Positions 22,352 through 35,084 of a stretch of DNA of 41,254 nt are shown piece after piece. The stretch lies in assembly GCF_006345805.1 (NCBI RefSeq), contig NW_021835315.1:1-41254 (forward strand). Reading direction: 5' to 3'. Every line of letters begins with the position of its first letter. The stretch's first letter is position 1. Below the pieces are notes generated by a model. The model had not been told where the DNA came from and did no database searches. It was given only the letters and a program-made list of their open reading frames with translations. Source of the stretch: Octopus sinensis. Lineage: Eukaryota. The translations under genes were made by a program, and so were the position numbers.

Positions 22352-22934
22352 GGACCGGCATGTCAAAACATTTAGCTATAGTAAACAGCGAAAAAACATT
22401 AAAAGATTCGCAAGCAAATTATTTAAAAGCTATGAGCAGACCAACAGAAGTTGCTAGAAATAAGTCAAAACATTAAAATATACATGAGCAAAGTTAACAG
22501 CGAAAAACATTAAAACATTTGTGAGTAAATTAAATATTTAAAAGTTACAAGCAAACCAACAGAAGTTGCTAGAAATGTCAGTCAAAATGTGGTGGTTACA
22601 CTCCTTGTGTGCATGCATAGCATCTTTGATTACTATGGAAACAATTCTTTGCAATCAGCTATGGAATATGTGGTGCTCCTTTGCTTTGGTAACTATGAAA
22701 ACAGTTCTTTGCCATGGTGATGTGTAAAATATTCGTTTCTGATTGGCTAAAATACTCAAACTTTGCAAATTTTAATGGCTAATAACTTTTTAGTTATGGT
22801 TTTATGGGGAAAATGAATTTCATTTCATAATTAGTATACAAAACTTAATCCATATACCAAATTTGAAAACAATTGGAACCAAATTGTAGACAGTGATGAA
22901 AGATCTACAAAGATTCCAAAGCTATAGTAGGAGA
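22352..22934 (-). mobile_element. Non-autonomous Helitron-like remnant with about 113-bp tandem duplication
   Basis: Minus strand starts A|TCTCCTACTATAGC, like the other two Helitron 5' ends. The duplication aacagcgaaaaa.cattaaaa...ccaacagaagttgctagaaat occurs at about 22382 and 22494. No CTAG end was seen. Confidence 0.45.
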
Positions 22935-23922
22935 TGGTTCCAAACTGAACACAGAACCATGTGATTGGGAAGCAAATTTTTTACCACACTGCCAGGCTTG
23001 TGCACATTTATTTATTTTGTAGACCACTAGTGGGTCTATGAATCCCAGGCTGCCAGCTGCTGCTGCCATAGTTTGAGAAATTGATTTGCTGTGAGAAATG
23101 AAAATGTCTAATGTTCTGAAAACTTGCTTTTCCTCGGAGAGAGAGGAAGAGAGAAAACGAAAAAAAGAGAGGTTGGAGAGAGGAAGAGGGAAAAAAGTGG
23201 AGGGAAAATTGTGAATGAAAACTTGAATGAAGAGGGGAAATAGGAGAGAGAAGGAAGGAAAGGTACTGAGTTAAGAAAGTGTATACTTGAAGAAGTAAGG
23301 AAAGGAGGGTGCATAGAGGTATTTGGGGAGGGGAAGGTGCAAAGTGTTGAATAAGCCCCAGGTCAGTTGAAAGCAGGAAGGTGGTTAGAACCAAGTTAAG
23401 TGGGGGAGATAATGAACATGCAAACATATATATATTATGCAGAATAACAAAGATATACCATAAGCAAAATAGAGGTGGCAGAATACCAGAAATGGAATGA
23501 GAGAGAGAGAGAGTGATCTTGTGGAGATTTGAAATCACTAAGGAGTGGTTGAGAATGGTAATGAATTAAGAAAAAAAAAAGTAGTAGTTGAGAATAGTAT
23601 AATAAATCTAAAGAAAAAAAAATGGTTAAAGTCTAGGTCAGATTGTAGGTCAGGTGAGAATGGACTGATGCTTCTAGCTGTCTGTGACAGGTGATTTATT
23701 AGTATATATAAATAACATAGAAACTGAATTATGTAGTTGTGTAACAGTGTTGTATGAAAAAGAATTAAACAAATAAGATGCAGAGAATATAATTTTGAAG
23801 TTGCGCTTGCTTGGCAAGTGACTTGATCTTAAGTTGTTTATTAAAACCAGGGAAAAAATTCCTCATAGTAATAATAGTAGCTATTTTATATATATATATT
23901 TATTTATTTATGTGTGTGTGTG

Positions 23923-23970
<48 letters not shown>

Positions 23971-23974
<4 letters not shown>

Positions 23975-24164
23975 ATCCAACAAGAAAGCACAAAAAACAC
24001 AACAACATGAGGACGTGGAACAAATATAGTATTATTGGACGCTCAGGAAAGAAGGAGGCTTTAACGTTTCGAGCGGAGCTCTTCGTCGGAAACATAGAAG
24101 GAAAGATCCAGAGAAGGGAAGACAGGGGGAAAAAAATCGCCAACGGTATACATGCAGTCACATT
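23971..24164 (-). mobile_element. PLE-terminus-like element with a minimal HHR, abutting (TA)n
   Basis: Carries an HHR-like core, and its 3' end (ggattaac) joins the (TA)n at 23926-23970. Homologous to 2381-2486. Confidence 0.75.
24060..24092 (-). ncRNA. Variant minimal type I hammerhead
   Basis: Minus strand: TTT CCGACGA A GAGC tcc GCTC GAAA CG TT AAA. U4 is replaced by C, there is an extra A before stem II, stem III is loopless (ACGU palindrome), stem I has 3 bp and the triplet is GUU. Confidence 0.6.
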
Positions 24165-24691
24165 GAGGAGGTTATATATATAAGATGTGTGTGTTGTTAT
24201 ACCTTTTCTTTGGTTTATTTTGGAATATAATCATCATGGTTATTGTCTGTGTCTCTACAATTTCTGTGCTTGTATGCCTTATGTTGCTCAAGTGTTATTG
24301 GAGCAGTGTTCGACAGCTGGATGCCATTCCTGTTGTTAACTCTTTCCTCTAAGCAAGGTATATTTATTCCGCTCGTCAATCTTTATGACGAAATAGGCAA
24401 GTGATGACAAGACATACTGTTCAGGAGAGACATAAAGACTATCATATTACTTTTTTTGTTTTTGTTTTTGCACACACAGGGACAATCTGAAGACAGGCAG
24501 ATAACAACACACACAATGGGCTTCTCATACAGCTTCTGTCTACTAAATTTTACTCCCATGTATTAGCTGGCCTTAGGCTTTAGCAGAAGATATTCTGTGT
24601 ACCACACATTGAGATGGAACCTGAAACATGTGGTTGTAAAGCAAACTTCTTAACCATGCTGCCATACCTGCAGCTAATCCAGCCATCAATC

Positions 24692-25053
24692 TTTATTCTT
24701 TTTATTCTTGTTTCAGTCAGTTGACTATGACCATGCTACAGCACCACCTTAAAGTGTTTTAGTCGAACAAATTGACTCTTGGACTTTGTTTTTAAAGCCT
24801 AATACTTATTCTATTGGTCTCTTTTGCTGAACCAATAAGTTATGGGGATATAACCACACCAATACCGGTTGTCAAATGGTGATGGGACACATACACACAC
24901 AATGAGCTTCTCTCAGTTTCCATTTACCAAATCCACTCACAAGGCTGTGATTGGTCTGAGGCTATAGTAGAAGACACTTGCCCAAGGTACCGCACAGTGG
25001 GACTGAACCTGGAACCATGTGATTGGTAAGCAAGCTATTTGCCACATAGCCAT
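24692..25053 (-). mobile_element. Family A SINE
   Basis: Reverse-complement copy, head to tail. Confidence 0.82.
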
Positions 25054-25314
25054 GCTTGCACCTATGTACACAGATATACTCTTAAATTCTTTTGTTTCAG
25101 TCATTTGACAGTGGCCGTGCTGGAGTACCACCTTTATTTGAACAAATATCAATCCCCAAAGACTTATTCTTTGTAAGCCTAGTACTTATTCTATTGGTAT
25201 CTTTTGCTGAACCACTAAGTTATGGGGGTGTAAACACAACATTGGTTGTCAAGCAATGACGGGAGGACACACACACGCACGTGTATGTGTGTGTCTCTCT
25301 CTCTCTCTCTCTCG

Positions 25315-25352
<38 letters not shown>

Positions 25353-25365
25353 ATAGAGAGAGAGA

Positions 25366-25589
25366 GTTTGCTGGACATTGTTGTAGAGCTGAAAAAGAGG
25401 TAATTTCTACTCTTCCCCTCTGGAAGCCATCTACCCGCAATACCAGAGGGTGCACACTCTCCTACCCTGATGTAATCTCCAGGGATACAGGCATCCAGCA
25501 ACAGGACCTCCGTAATGCCATGATGGACCGTGAAGTCTGGCATAGCATGGTAAATTCCATTGTCTCGACCACGGTCGAACAATGATGAT
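25366..25589 (+). mobile_element. RTE-clade LINE 3' end, 5'-truncated, with (TGA)n tail
   Basis: FAGHCCRAEKEVISTLPLWKP...YPDVISRDTG...DLRNAMMDREVWHSMV is typical of an RTE ORF C-terminus. Confidence 0.8.
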
Positions 25590-25612
25590 ATATATATATA
25601 TATATATATATA

Positions 25613-26860
25613 CGAGGGGCATTCAATAAGTAATGCCCCTGACCCACTTCCCATAGCAGTAGAGCAACGAAACTTGGCACAGTTATTAGTCTTTTTCTAC
25701 ATAGAAACCATCCAGAGTTACGCATTTCTCCCATCGTTTGTTGCAGCTCTTGAGACCGTTTTTGTAGAAGACCCCAGCTTGGTCCTCCAACCACGACGTG
25801 ACTTCAGAAATCAAGGCTACATCATCTGGGAAACGCTTTCCTTTCAAAAACAACTTCATGGCTGGGAAGAGGTGAAAATCCGAGGGTGCAAGGTCAAGAA
25901 AGTAGGGGCATGGGGGAGGAGTTCATAGCCGCATGCCTGTGCTTCTGATCTGGCGACCATCAAGTTGTGGACCGGAGCGTTGTCCTGCAGGAGGAGGATG
26001 CTTTTGCTGATCTTGCCCCGCCTCTTGATTTTGATAGCTTCTCTTAATTTCATCAATTGTGGTACCCTTTGCCAGGAAATCTGTCATCACTACTCCGTCC
26101 TGGTCCCAGAAGACTGTGAGCATGATCTTGCTAGCGGAGGGCTGCACCCTTGCCTTCTTTGGAGGAGGTAAGTCACGGTGCTTCCACTGCATTGACTGGG
26201 CTTTTGTCTCTGGATCATAGTGATGGACCCAGGTTTCATCCTGTGTAATCAGTCTTTTGAAAAATTTTGACTCATCTTCTTGGCACATCTCCAAATTTAT
26301 CCTCGAGCACTCGACGCGTTCTTGCTTCCAGAAAGGTGTGAGCAACCTGGGAATCCATCTGGCAGACACCTTTTGCATATGCAAATTGTCATGAATGATT
26401 GGTTTCCACAGATCCGGTACTAATCTTGACCTCATGGGCTATTTGGCGAATAGTTATGCATCGATCTTCCAAAATGGCAGCCTCAACTTGATGGACAGAT
26501 GCCTCATCAATAGCAGTAGGAGGGCGGGGGCGACCAGATCTGGGAGCTGTTTCCACAGAGTTCCGACCATGTTTGAATTCACAATGCCAGCATTTTCACC
26601 ATAAGTTACTTTCATTTCATCAAAAGTCTCCCGTGGTGTGCGTCCTTTCAAATATAAAAAGCGGATCACTGCCCGACACTCAACAGGCTCCATTTCACAC
26701 TTGACTCAGTTCAAACACCTGTAAATCAGAAACCACAATTAGTTCAGAGCTGTAATTTACCACTTAATCTATAGAGATATAAATAATTGCAGATGCAAAA
26801 TTTCAGCTAGATCAAACAACTGCAAGTGGGTCAGAGGCATTACTTATTGAACGCCCCTCG
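25613..26860 (-). mobile_element. Mariner transposon, near full length (1248 bp), irritans-like TIRs
   Basis: TA|CGAGGGGCATTCAATAAGTAATGCCCCTGACCCACTT ... AAGTGGGTCAGAGGCATTACTTATTGAACGCCCCTCG|TA: about 37-bp TIR with 2 mismatches. Confidence 0.96.
25686..26693 (-). pseudogene. Mariner DD34D transposase, frameshifted
   Basis: MEPVECRAVIRFL...; KVSARWIPRLLT; LITQDETWVHHYDPE; KIMLTVFWD; LLLQDNAPVH; then, after a frameshift, DLAPSDFHLFP...KRWEKC...YVEKD*. The domain is split over at least 4 frames. Confidence 0.95.
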
Positions 26861-26902
<42 letters not shown>

Positions 26903-27869
26903 ATGAGCCTTTTTCAGTTTTTGTCTGCCAAATCCACTCACAAGGCTTTGGTCAGCCCAAGGCTGTAGTAGAAGACACTTGCCCAAGGTGCCATGCAGTG
27001 GGATTGAACCCGGGACCACGTGGTTGGTAAGCAAGCTACTTACCACACAGCCACTCCTGAATCTATAATGTCTGTATTGTTTCATGTTGTAGGCAACTTT
27101 TGTGCCTTAGCAAGTATTTGCTTGGAAGCACATCTTTTAAATGAGGAGGTTTTCTAAGGATCTGCTTTTTTCTCTCTTTTTTTTTTCTAGTTACCCGTGG
27201 TCCATATGTATATTATATCTTACATATAAAAATCCTTGTCACTGTTTTAATATCCAGTGTTTTGTGCTTGCCTGGGTCAGATGGAATTCGTTGAGGCAGA
27301 TTTTCTAAGACCTGATGCACTTTCTGTCACCTGCCCTCACCTGTTTTCCAAGCAAGGCAATAGTTCCCTATGGTTGGGCATGTTTTTCTCAGAAAACTAT
27401 AAAACAACCATGCTTATACAATGATGACCTGTTTTGAATTCTGGCAACAAAGTGGACTCCACTAAAAGCATCCGAGGGCTAAGCAGTGGAGTTAAACTGA
27501 ACAATGGATTGTCTACTACTTAACACAGTAAACGATGATGATGATGATGATGATATATATATATATATATTTATTTATTATATAGAAGGAGCTTCTACAG
27601 GACTAGAACTGTTTCATTCAAGAGAAATCTTCAGGAAGCTAGTTAACAAGAATTGTATTGGCATTTATACATTTAGGCAGGTTTATAGGGGTGGTGGTGG
27701 GGAACTTTTTGGGGGTAGGCATAGCGCAAAAAAATCATACTTGGGGGAGTGGTCAAGGAGTCAGTGGTAAATTAGATAGAAGAATAAATAAAAGAATAAA
27801 AAAAGAATAAAAAAATATAAAAATATATAGAAGAATAGAGTTTTAGGTAAATAAGGAAATTCTCACTTA

Positions 27870-28230
27870 TACCTATACACATATGTATACATATATACAC
27901 ACACACACACACATATACATACACACATACATACACACACACCATATATATATATATATATATACACACACATATACATACATATATCTACATATACACA
28001 TATATATATATATATATATATACATATACATACATACACATATACATGCATATACATATACACACACACATGTATATATACACACACACGACCACACATA
28101 CACATACACACAAAAAAATATATACATACACACACATACACACATACACACACATATCCACATACACACATGCACACACAACACACAAGTCCCTATATAC
28201 TCATATACATATACACATATATGTATGTAT

Positions 28231-28273
<43 letters not shown>

Positions 28274-28799
28274 CATATGTGTACCCATTCACACACATAT
28301 ATGTATGTACACACACACACACATACACATATATACACACATATACATACATATGTGTACCTATTCATACCTACACATACACACATATATACATACAATT
28401 ACAAACCCATTCCCTAATTTTAATTTTATTATCTTCATTTATTGCTTTTGTTATCTTTGACCGCTGGTCACAAGCATCTTGGCTAGTCCCTTTTATCTTT
28501 CTACTTGAGCACAAGCACTCACTCACGCACGCACACTCATTAGCACGCACACACACTCTCATTCGTACACTCATACACATACATGCACGCACGCGTTATA
28601 TTCATACATACATACATCTACATACATACACGTATATACACATACGTACGCGTACCTACAGATTCATGTCTACAATCTTAGAAGACTAGTCTATACATAT
28701 ACACCAAATATATATACACACATACATATACACCTACATACAAATACATACATACATATATATACACGCACATATATATATATATACACACATACACAT

Positions 28800-28840
<41 letters not shown>

Positions 28841-29459
28841 TACATATATATACATATATATATATACACATATCCGCATACATACATACACCCATACATA
28901 CATACATATATACACACATACACACACCCACACGTATACATATACATACATATACGCGCATGCATACACATACAAATACACATACACATATACATATACA
29001 TACATACACACACATATGTATATATATATACATATACATACATACATATACATATATACACACACACATACATACACATATACACATACACGCACATACA
29101 CATATACATGCGTACCCATACACACACACACACACGCGCGCATCCATATATACACATAAGTACACACATGCATAAAAGTATACAAAAATCTATGCTTACA
29201 CATACACACACACACACGCCACTCCTTATGTTCATACTTACATGCATACTCAAAGAATAAGTAATAAAATATATATACGTGCAGTTATTCATACATGCAT
29301 ACTCAAAAAATAATAAATAATATATAATAAATAATAAATAATAAATAATAAATATTAAGTATATATACGTGCAGTTACCTATTATACAGACGGATACATA
29401 CATATAAACTTACACACACATATATATATATATACATATATATATACACATATACATAC

Positions 29460-29494
<35 letters not shown>

Positions 29495-29821
29495 CACATA
29501 CTTACACATATGTACATATACATACACACATACATAACTCTACGTACCTACATATACCTAAACACACGAGCGTGCACGTATATGTACATATACACATACA
29601 CATACACACACATATATATACATACATACATATACATACACGCATATATACACACACATATACATATATACCTATATATACATATATATATATATATATA
29701 TACACATACATGTGTGCAAACATACATACATACTCATACACACTCACACACTTACATATACATATATACACACACTTACACACACATATATATATATATA
29801 CATATACACACATATATATAT

Positions 29822-29880
<59 letters not shown>

Positions 29881-29950
29881 CATATACATACACACCATAC
29901 ACATACACACATACACATATGTACACTTACACACACATATATTCACATAT

Positions 29951-29982
<32 letters not shown>

Positions 29983-30217
29983 CACAGACATATACATACA
30001 CATACATATGTACATACACACACATACATATATATATACATACACACACACACATATATATATACCCACACCTACACATACACACATATATATACATATA
30101 TACATACATATACACACATACACACACACACACACACATATATGTACATACATACACATACACATACATATACATATACACATGCACATACGTATAACTC
30201 TACATACCCACATATAC

Positions 30218-30266
<49 letters not shown>

Positions 30267-30393
30267 TACACACATATATGTGCATATATACACACACATA
30301 TATATACCCATCTACAATCTGTATATACACACACATACATGCACATACACATAACTCTACATACCTACATATACATCGACATACTCGCGTATA

Positions 30394-30452
<59 letters not shown>

Positions 30453-30561
30453 ACATACACACACATATACATATATATATATAATATATATATATATAAT
30501 ATATATATATATACACGCGCACACATATACACATATATATACACACACACACACATACACA

Positions 30562-30592
<31 letters not shown>

Positions 30593-30598
30593 ATATAT
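27870..30598. repeat. About 2.7-kb compound (CA/TA)n low-complexity tract
   Basis: Alternating purine-pyrimidine sequence with CA always on the + strand and short unique islands at about 28395-28520 and 29150-29400. Confidence 0.97.
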
Positions 30599-31039
30599 CA
30601 ACAATTGAGGGTAAAGTTAATTAGTTATTAATCAATTTCACCAAGTATTCAGTATGTAAAAGGACCATTTTTTTTTGAGTAAACATTGTCTTAGAGAAAA
30701 TTTTCTTTAAGTAGTGGAAAAGGCTAAAAAACTTATTTGGCTGCTATTTCTAGAAAGTTCAGTATGTGGCAAAGTAATTTATTTTACTAAGCCCTAATTA
30801 TATAATATTTTATATATACATACACATACATACACACATACATATACACATACATATGCATACACACATATATACATATATACACACACACACACATACA
30901 TATATATATATTTTTTTACATACATACACACACACACACACATAATACATGCGTATATTCCTACTATACCCATACATTTCTATACATATATACGATACAC
31001 ATATACAAGCGTGCACATACAATATGTGAAAGGTCTTAG

Positions 31040-31321
31040 GAGAAAAGGTAGTCAGGGGTGCTAGGGGAACGGTGGGATTGGGGGGGTTTGTGGGTGGGGT
31101 GTCATCAATCTGGTTGCCGAGTAGGTCTATAGTTCTTGTAGTTTGCATAATTCTTATGCATGCAATTTGGGGAGTGTTCTGAAATCTTGTTAAGGAGAGG
31201 GCCTTTGGCGAACAAGATCTCTAGGCTCTCCGAAATGCAAAGGTCACAGCAGGTATGGCCTCCTGTGTACGAACGCGCCTTCTGTAGTAGTTTTCACTTG
31301 GTCTTGAAGGGGATGGAGTTC

Positions 31322-31322
<1 letters not shown>
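31040..31322 (-). mobile_element. PLE GIY-YIG C-terminal fragment plus 3' region
   Basis: Minus-strand translation NSIPFKTK*KLLQKARSYTGGHTCCDLCISESLEILFAKGPLLNKISEHSPNCMHKNY fits the PLE pattern W.I...A..Y..G...C.LC..E...IL....LLNK.SE...C.H. It abuts (TA)n at about 31327. Confidence 0.75.
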
Positions 31323-31359
<37 letters not shown>

Positions 31360-32213
31360 TATATATATATTTGTCTAGAATCACGCCAGACATGGAGAAA
31401 GAGAGAAAATAGTAATTCAGTGAAGGAGAAGTAGTGAGAGTAATAGCCCTCACTAAGAGGGAATGAGAGAAAGGAAGGGGTGTAAAAAAAAATCAGCATT
31501 TCAACTCTGTGAGTATATGTGTGCATGTACAAGGAAAGTATGTGAATGTTTGTATGTATGATTATTTTGTACCTTATTTATGTATATAATTCTACAATTA
31601 GCTGTCATTATTGAAGACAAATGATCAGCTAGTTAGAAATAATTGTGATGAGTAAGGACCAAAAAAAAAAAAGCAATATTTAACCAATGCCTAATTCTAA
31701 TTTACTTAGGCAAGTGCAGGAACAACTCTAGATAGGTTTCTGTCTTATTTAAACCTCCTTAGCAAAGCCTCAGCTTCATCATATTTGGCAAATTTGTGAT
31801 GAGAGAAGCAGTAAATGTACAATAATTTTATTCTGTCTGCCATAGAAAATTAGCATGTTTTAGTTAGTAATTCTTGTGAGTAATTTGCCTGTTTGCTATG
31901 GATTGTTAACAGAGGGAATATATTTTTAACCCTGACATCACTAAAAAATATGCAAGTGGCTATTAATAAATCTCTGTCTCTGTCTGCCTGTTTTTTTTTT
32001 CTCTTAATCTCTTACACTATCTTCTTCTCTTCCAAGTCTCTCACCTCCATGTCTCTTACCCTGTGATATACAATTAGTGATTTTATGCAGTGCACCTGCA
32101 TGCTTGCTTGCACACATCCACACACACCCACACACATACACTCTCAAACAGTCAAGTCTGCATGCTCTCAAGCACATTCGTGCTGTACACTCAGAAAACT
32201 ACACACATACCAC

Positions 32214-32256
<43 letters not shown>

Positions 32257-32569
32257 TAGGAAAGAGTATAGGTTGTGTGTGTGTGTGTAAGTATTCATTT
32301 ATAGTACTGTGTCCTGCCAGTACTACGAAACTTATAGTGTGGTCTCATACCAGTATCAGTCATGTCTGCACTATTAGATTTATAGTGTAGACTAGTGGTT
32401 AGTGTGTTGGGCTTGCAATTATAAGTTCATGGGCTCAATTCCTGTACAAGGTGGCACATTGTGGCCTTGAGCAAGGCATTTTATTTTTGGTTGCTCCAGT
32501 TTATTCTGAAAATAATTACAGTCTGGATGCTGATGCAGCTCTCTCTCTCACTTTCTCTTTCATTTCCTC

Positions 32570-32930
32570 TTCCACTCACTCTCTCTTTCACTCACTCTCT
32601 CTTTCACTCATTTTCTCTTTCACTCACTCTCTCTTTCACTCATTTTCTCTTTCACTCATTTTCTCTTTCACTCATTTTCTCTTTCACTCATTTTCTCTTT
32701 CACTCATTTTCTCTTTCACTCATTTTCTCTTTCACTCACTCTCTATGTCACTCACTTTCTATTTCACTCGCTCTCTTTCATTCACACTCTCTGTCACGCT
32801 CTCTTGCTCTCTCTGTCACTCTCTCTTGCTTTCTCTTTCACTCTCTTGCTCTCTCTTTCACTCTCTTGCTCTCTCTTTCTCTCTCTCTCTCACACACACA
32901 CTCTCTCTCTCTCCTTTCCTACCATCTCTC
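32570..32930. repeat. Polypyrimidine tract with a 16-bp unit (TCTCTTTCACTCATTT)n
   Basis: About 10 tandem units at 32580-32740 grade into (CT)n. Confidence 0.9.
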
Positions 32931-33094
32931 CCTCTCTCTCCTGTTGTCACATCCTCCAATGTCCTGCTGGGTGAAGATTGAGAGGACCAAGGGTGCATCA
33001 ATGTCAGCTCACAACTTCATAGGTACCTAAAAACAATTAGCGAAAGCCAGGTACCTGTTTTGTCTCTCTCTTTTAATAAACTACTAAGTAACGG

Positions 33095-33240
33095 GTATGT
33101 TTGCTTCCCAACCACATGGTTCTGAGTTCGGTCCCACCGTGCTGCACTTTGAGCAAGAAGTATCTTCTACCTTAGCCTCAGACTGACTAAAGCCTTGCGA
33201 GTGGATTTGGTAGATGGAAACTGAACGAAGCCCATTGTGT
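33095..33240 (+). mobile_element. Family A SINE head, partial
   Basis: ttgcttcccaaccacatggttctgagttcggtcc...aaagccttgcgagtggatttggtag. Confidence 0.75.
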
Positions 33241-33761
33241 GTGTGTGTGCATGCACATGTGTGTGTCATTCTGATTGTTTCCTATCAATGCTTATATGCT
33301 GTAATATTAGACTATTTTCTTCAGCCAATACATGGTGATCGCTTGTAAGTTTTAAGCTTATAAAATATTATCATTATTTACAGAATTGTCACTTGTCACC
33401 ATTTCTCTATTTAATGTAGAAAGCACACACACATATGATCATCATCATTATCATTTAACGTCCGCTTTCCATGCTGGCATGGGTTAGATGGTTTGACTGA
33501 AACTGGTAAGCCAGAGAGCTGCACCAGGTTCCAGTCTGATTTGGCATGGCTTCTATGGCTGGATGCCTTTCTTAATGCCAGCTGTTCCAAAAGTTTAAAA
33601 TGTGTTTTTTACATGCCACTGCCATGGGTGCCCTTTACATGACTCCAGGGCACCAGAAATGGCCTTGATTACAATTCCATGGGTGCTATTTACCTGACAT
33701 TGGCAATGACCACGACTACGATTTCACTTGGCTTGAGTATATATATATATATATATATATA

Positions 33762-34144
33762 CTTTTATTTGTTTGTCATTTGACTGTGGCCACCTTTAGT
33801 CAAGCAAATTGACCCCAGGACTTATTCTTTGTAAGCCTAGTACTTATTCTATTAGTCTCTTCTACTAAACTGCTAAGTTACGGTGATGTAAACCAACCAA
33901 CGTTCGGTTAAGCGATGGTTGGTGGTGGTGGTGGGGGGGGACAAACCCACACACACAAACATATACATACATATATATATACATACACGATGAGCTTCTT
34001 TCAATTTCCATGTACAAAATCCACTCACAAGGCTTTGGTCGGCCCAAGGCTATTGTAGAAGACACTTGGCCAAGGTGCCACGCAATGGGACTGAACCTGG
34101 AATCACATGGTTGGTAAGCAAGCTACTTACCACACAGCCACTCC
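33762..34144 (-). mobile_element. Family A SINE, full length
   Basis: Reverse-complement copy. Confidence 0.87.
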
Positions 34145-35084
34145 TGTGCCTATATTTATAGAAAATGTATTCTCTAAAATATGTTCAAATTAATCTGTTA
34201 AGCAGTATACATTCTCATCAAACCTTCAGCAAGCACAATGAATTCTAAGCTTTATTGAAGAGGCTTGATAATGCTGAAAGCTGACAATAATCGCCTCCCC
34301 TTCTTGGCAGAACAATTAAAATAGTATTTGTCATGGAGGTAATATTGTCTATTCTTCACTATTTAATTATTTCTAATTAGTTTTTTTTTAATTATTTATT
34401 CCAATGTGTTCATTGCATGAAATATGTCAATGCTAACTTAATGATTATTTTTCATGAAAATGACATCTTGGTAATTATTCTCTCCTAAATTATATTGCCT
34501 AATAACTTTAAAATAATTGCTACAGATGGATTGTTATAAATGGGAGAGGGTGAGAGAAAAAAAGCCCAGACCATTCTTTAGTCGGTTTAGTCATTAAACT
34601 GTTGTTGACTCGGTCATATGAGATAGAATTCCTTACTGAAGTGTTTTGGATTATTTTTTTGTTTCTTGTATTTCTCTGTGTGTGTGTGTCTCTCTCTCTC
34701 CCTCTCTCTCACCTGTCTCTCTCTCACCCGTCTCTCTTTCTCTCTCACCCGTCTCTCTTTCTCTCTTTCTCTCACTCGTCTCTCCTCTCTCTCTCTCACC
34801 TGTCTCTCTCTCTCACCCATCTCTGCCTCTCTGCACAACACCTTAGCTAAGGGTCTTCTATAGTCCCAGGCCAACCAATGCTTTGTAAGGGAACTCGTAA
34901 GAAGGTAACAGTGTGGAAACTCATGTGTGTGTATATGTAAACATACATGTACATGCACACATATCTATATAATAATATTTATATTTATTGTTTACTAATC
35001 TGAATAAGAACAACAGTAACGTGGGCAATGTTGGGTAATTCAGCTAGTTTTACATAAAAATATGTATGTGTGTAAAGGGAAGGA

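Larger units (their letters stand above)
25088..27057 (-). mobile_element. Family A SINE split by nested RTE and mariner insertions
   Basis: The tail half is at about 25088-25300 and the head half at about 26900-27057. The insertions lie in the central microsatellite. Confidence 0.85.

Noticed and set aside
23008-23538. 176-aa minus-strand ORF
   Set aside because: Its S/L/F/P bias comes from a pyrimidine-rich tract. I could not identify convincing LINE or host motifs.
27772-30608. Dozens of long ORFs (up to 268 aa) rich in Y/I/H/T or C/V/M/Y
   Set aside because: These are translations of (CA/TA)n microsatellite, which lacks stop codons by composition. The same applies to similar ORFs at about 4160-4630, 20330-20750, 32080-33030, 34600-34960 and 36000-36350.
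31748-31843. Minus-strand peptide KFAKYDEAEALLRR resembling a TPR motif
   Set aside because: It is very short with a weak donor site and overlaps an alternative + strand exon candidate; it cannot be distinguished from chance.
33325-33344. 20-nt micro-exon candidate encoding PIHGDR (DEAD-box-like)
   Set aside because: Six residues are not enough evidence, and it is not phase-compatible with the other candidates.
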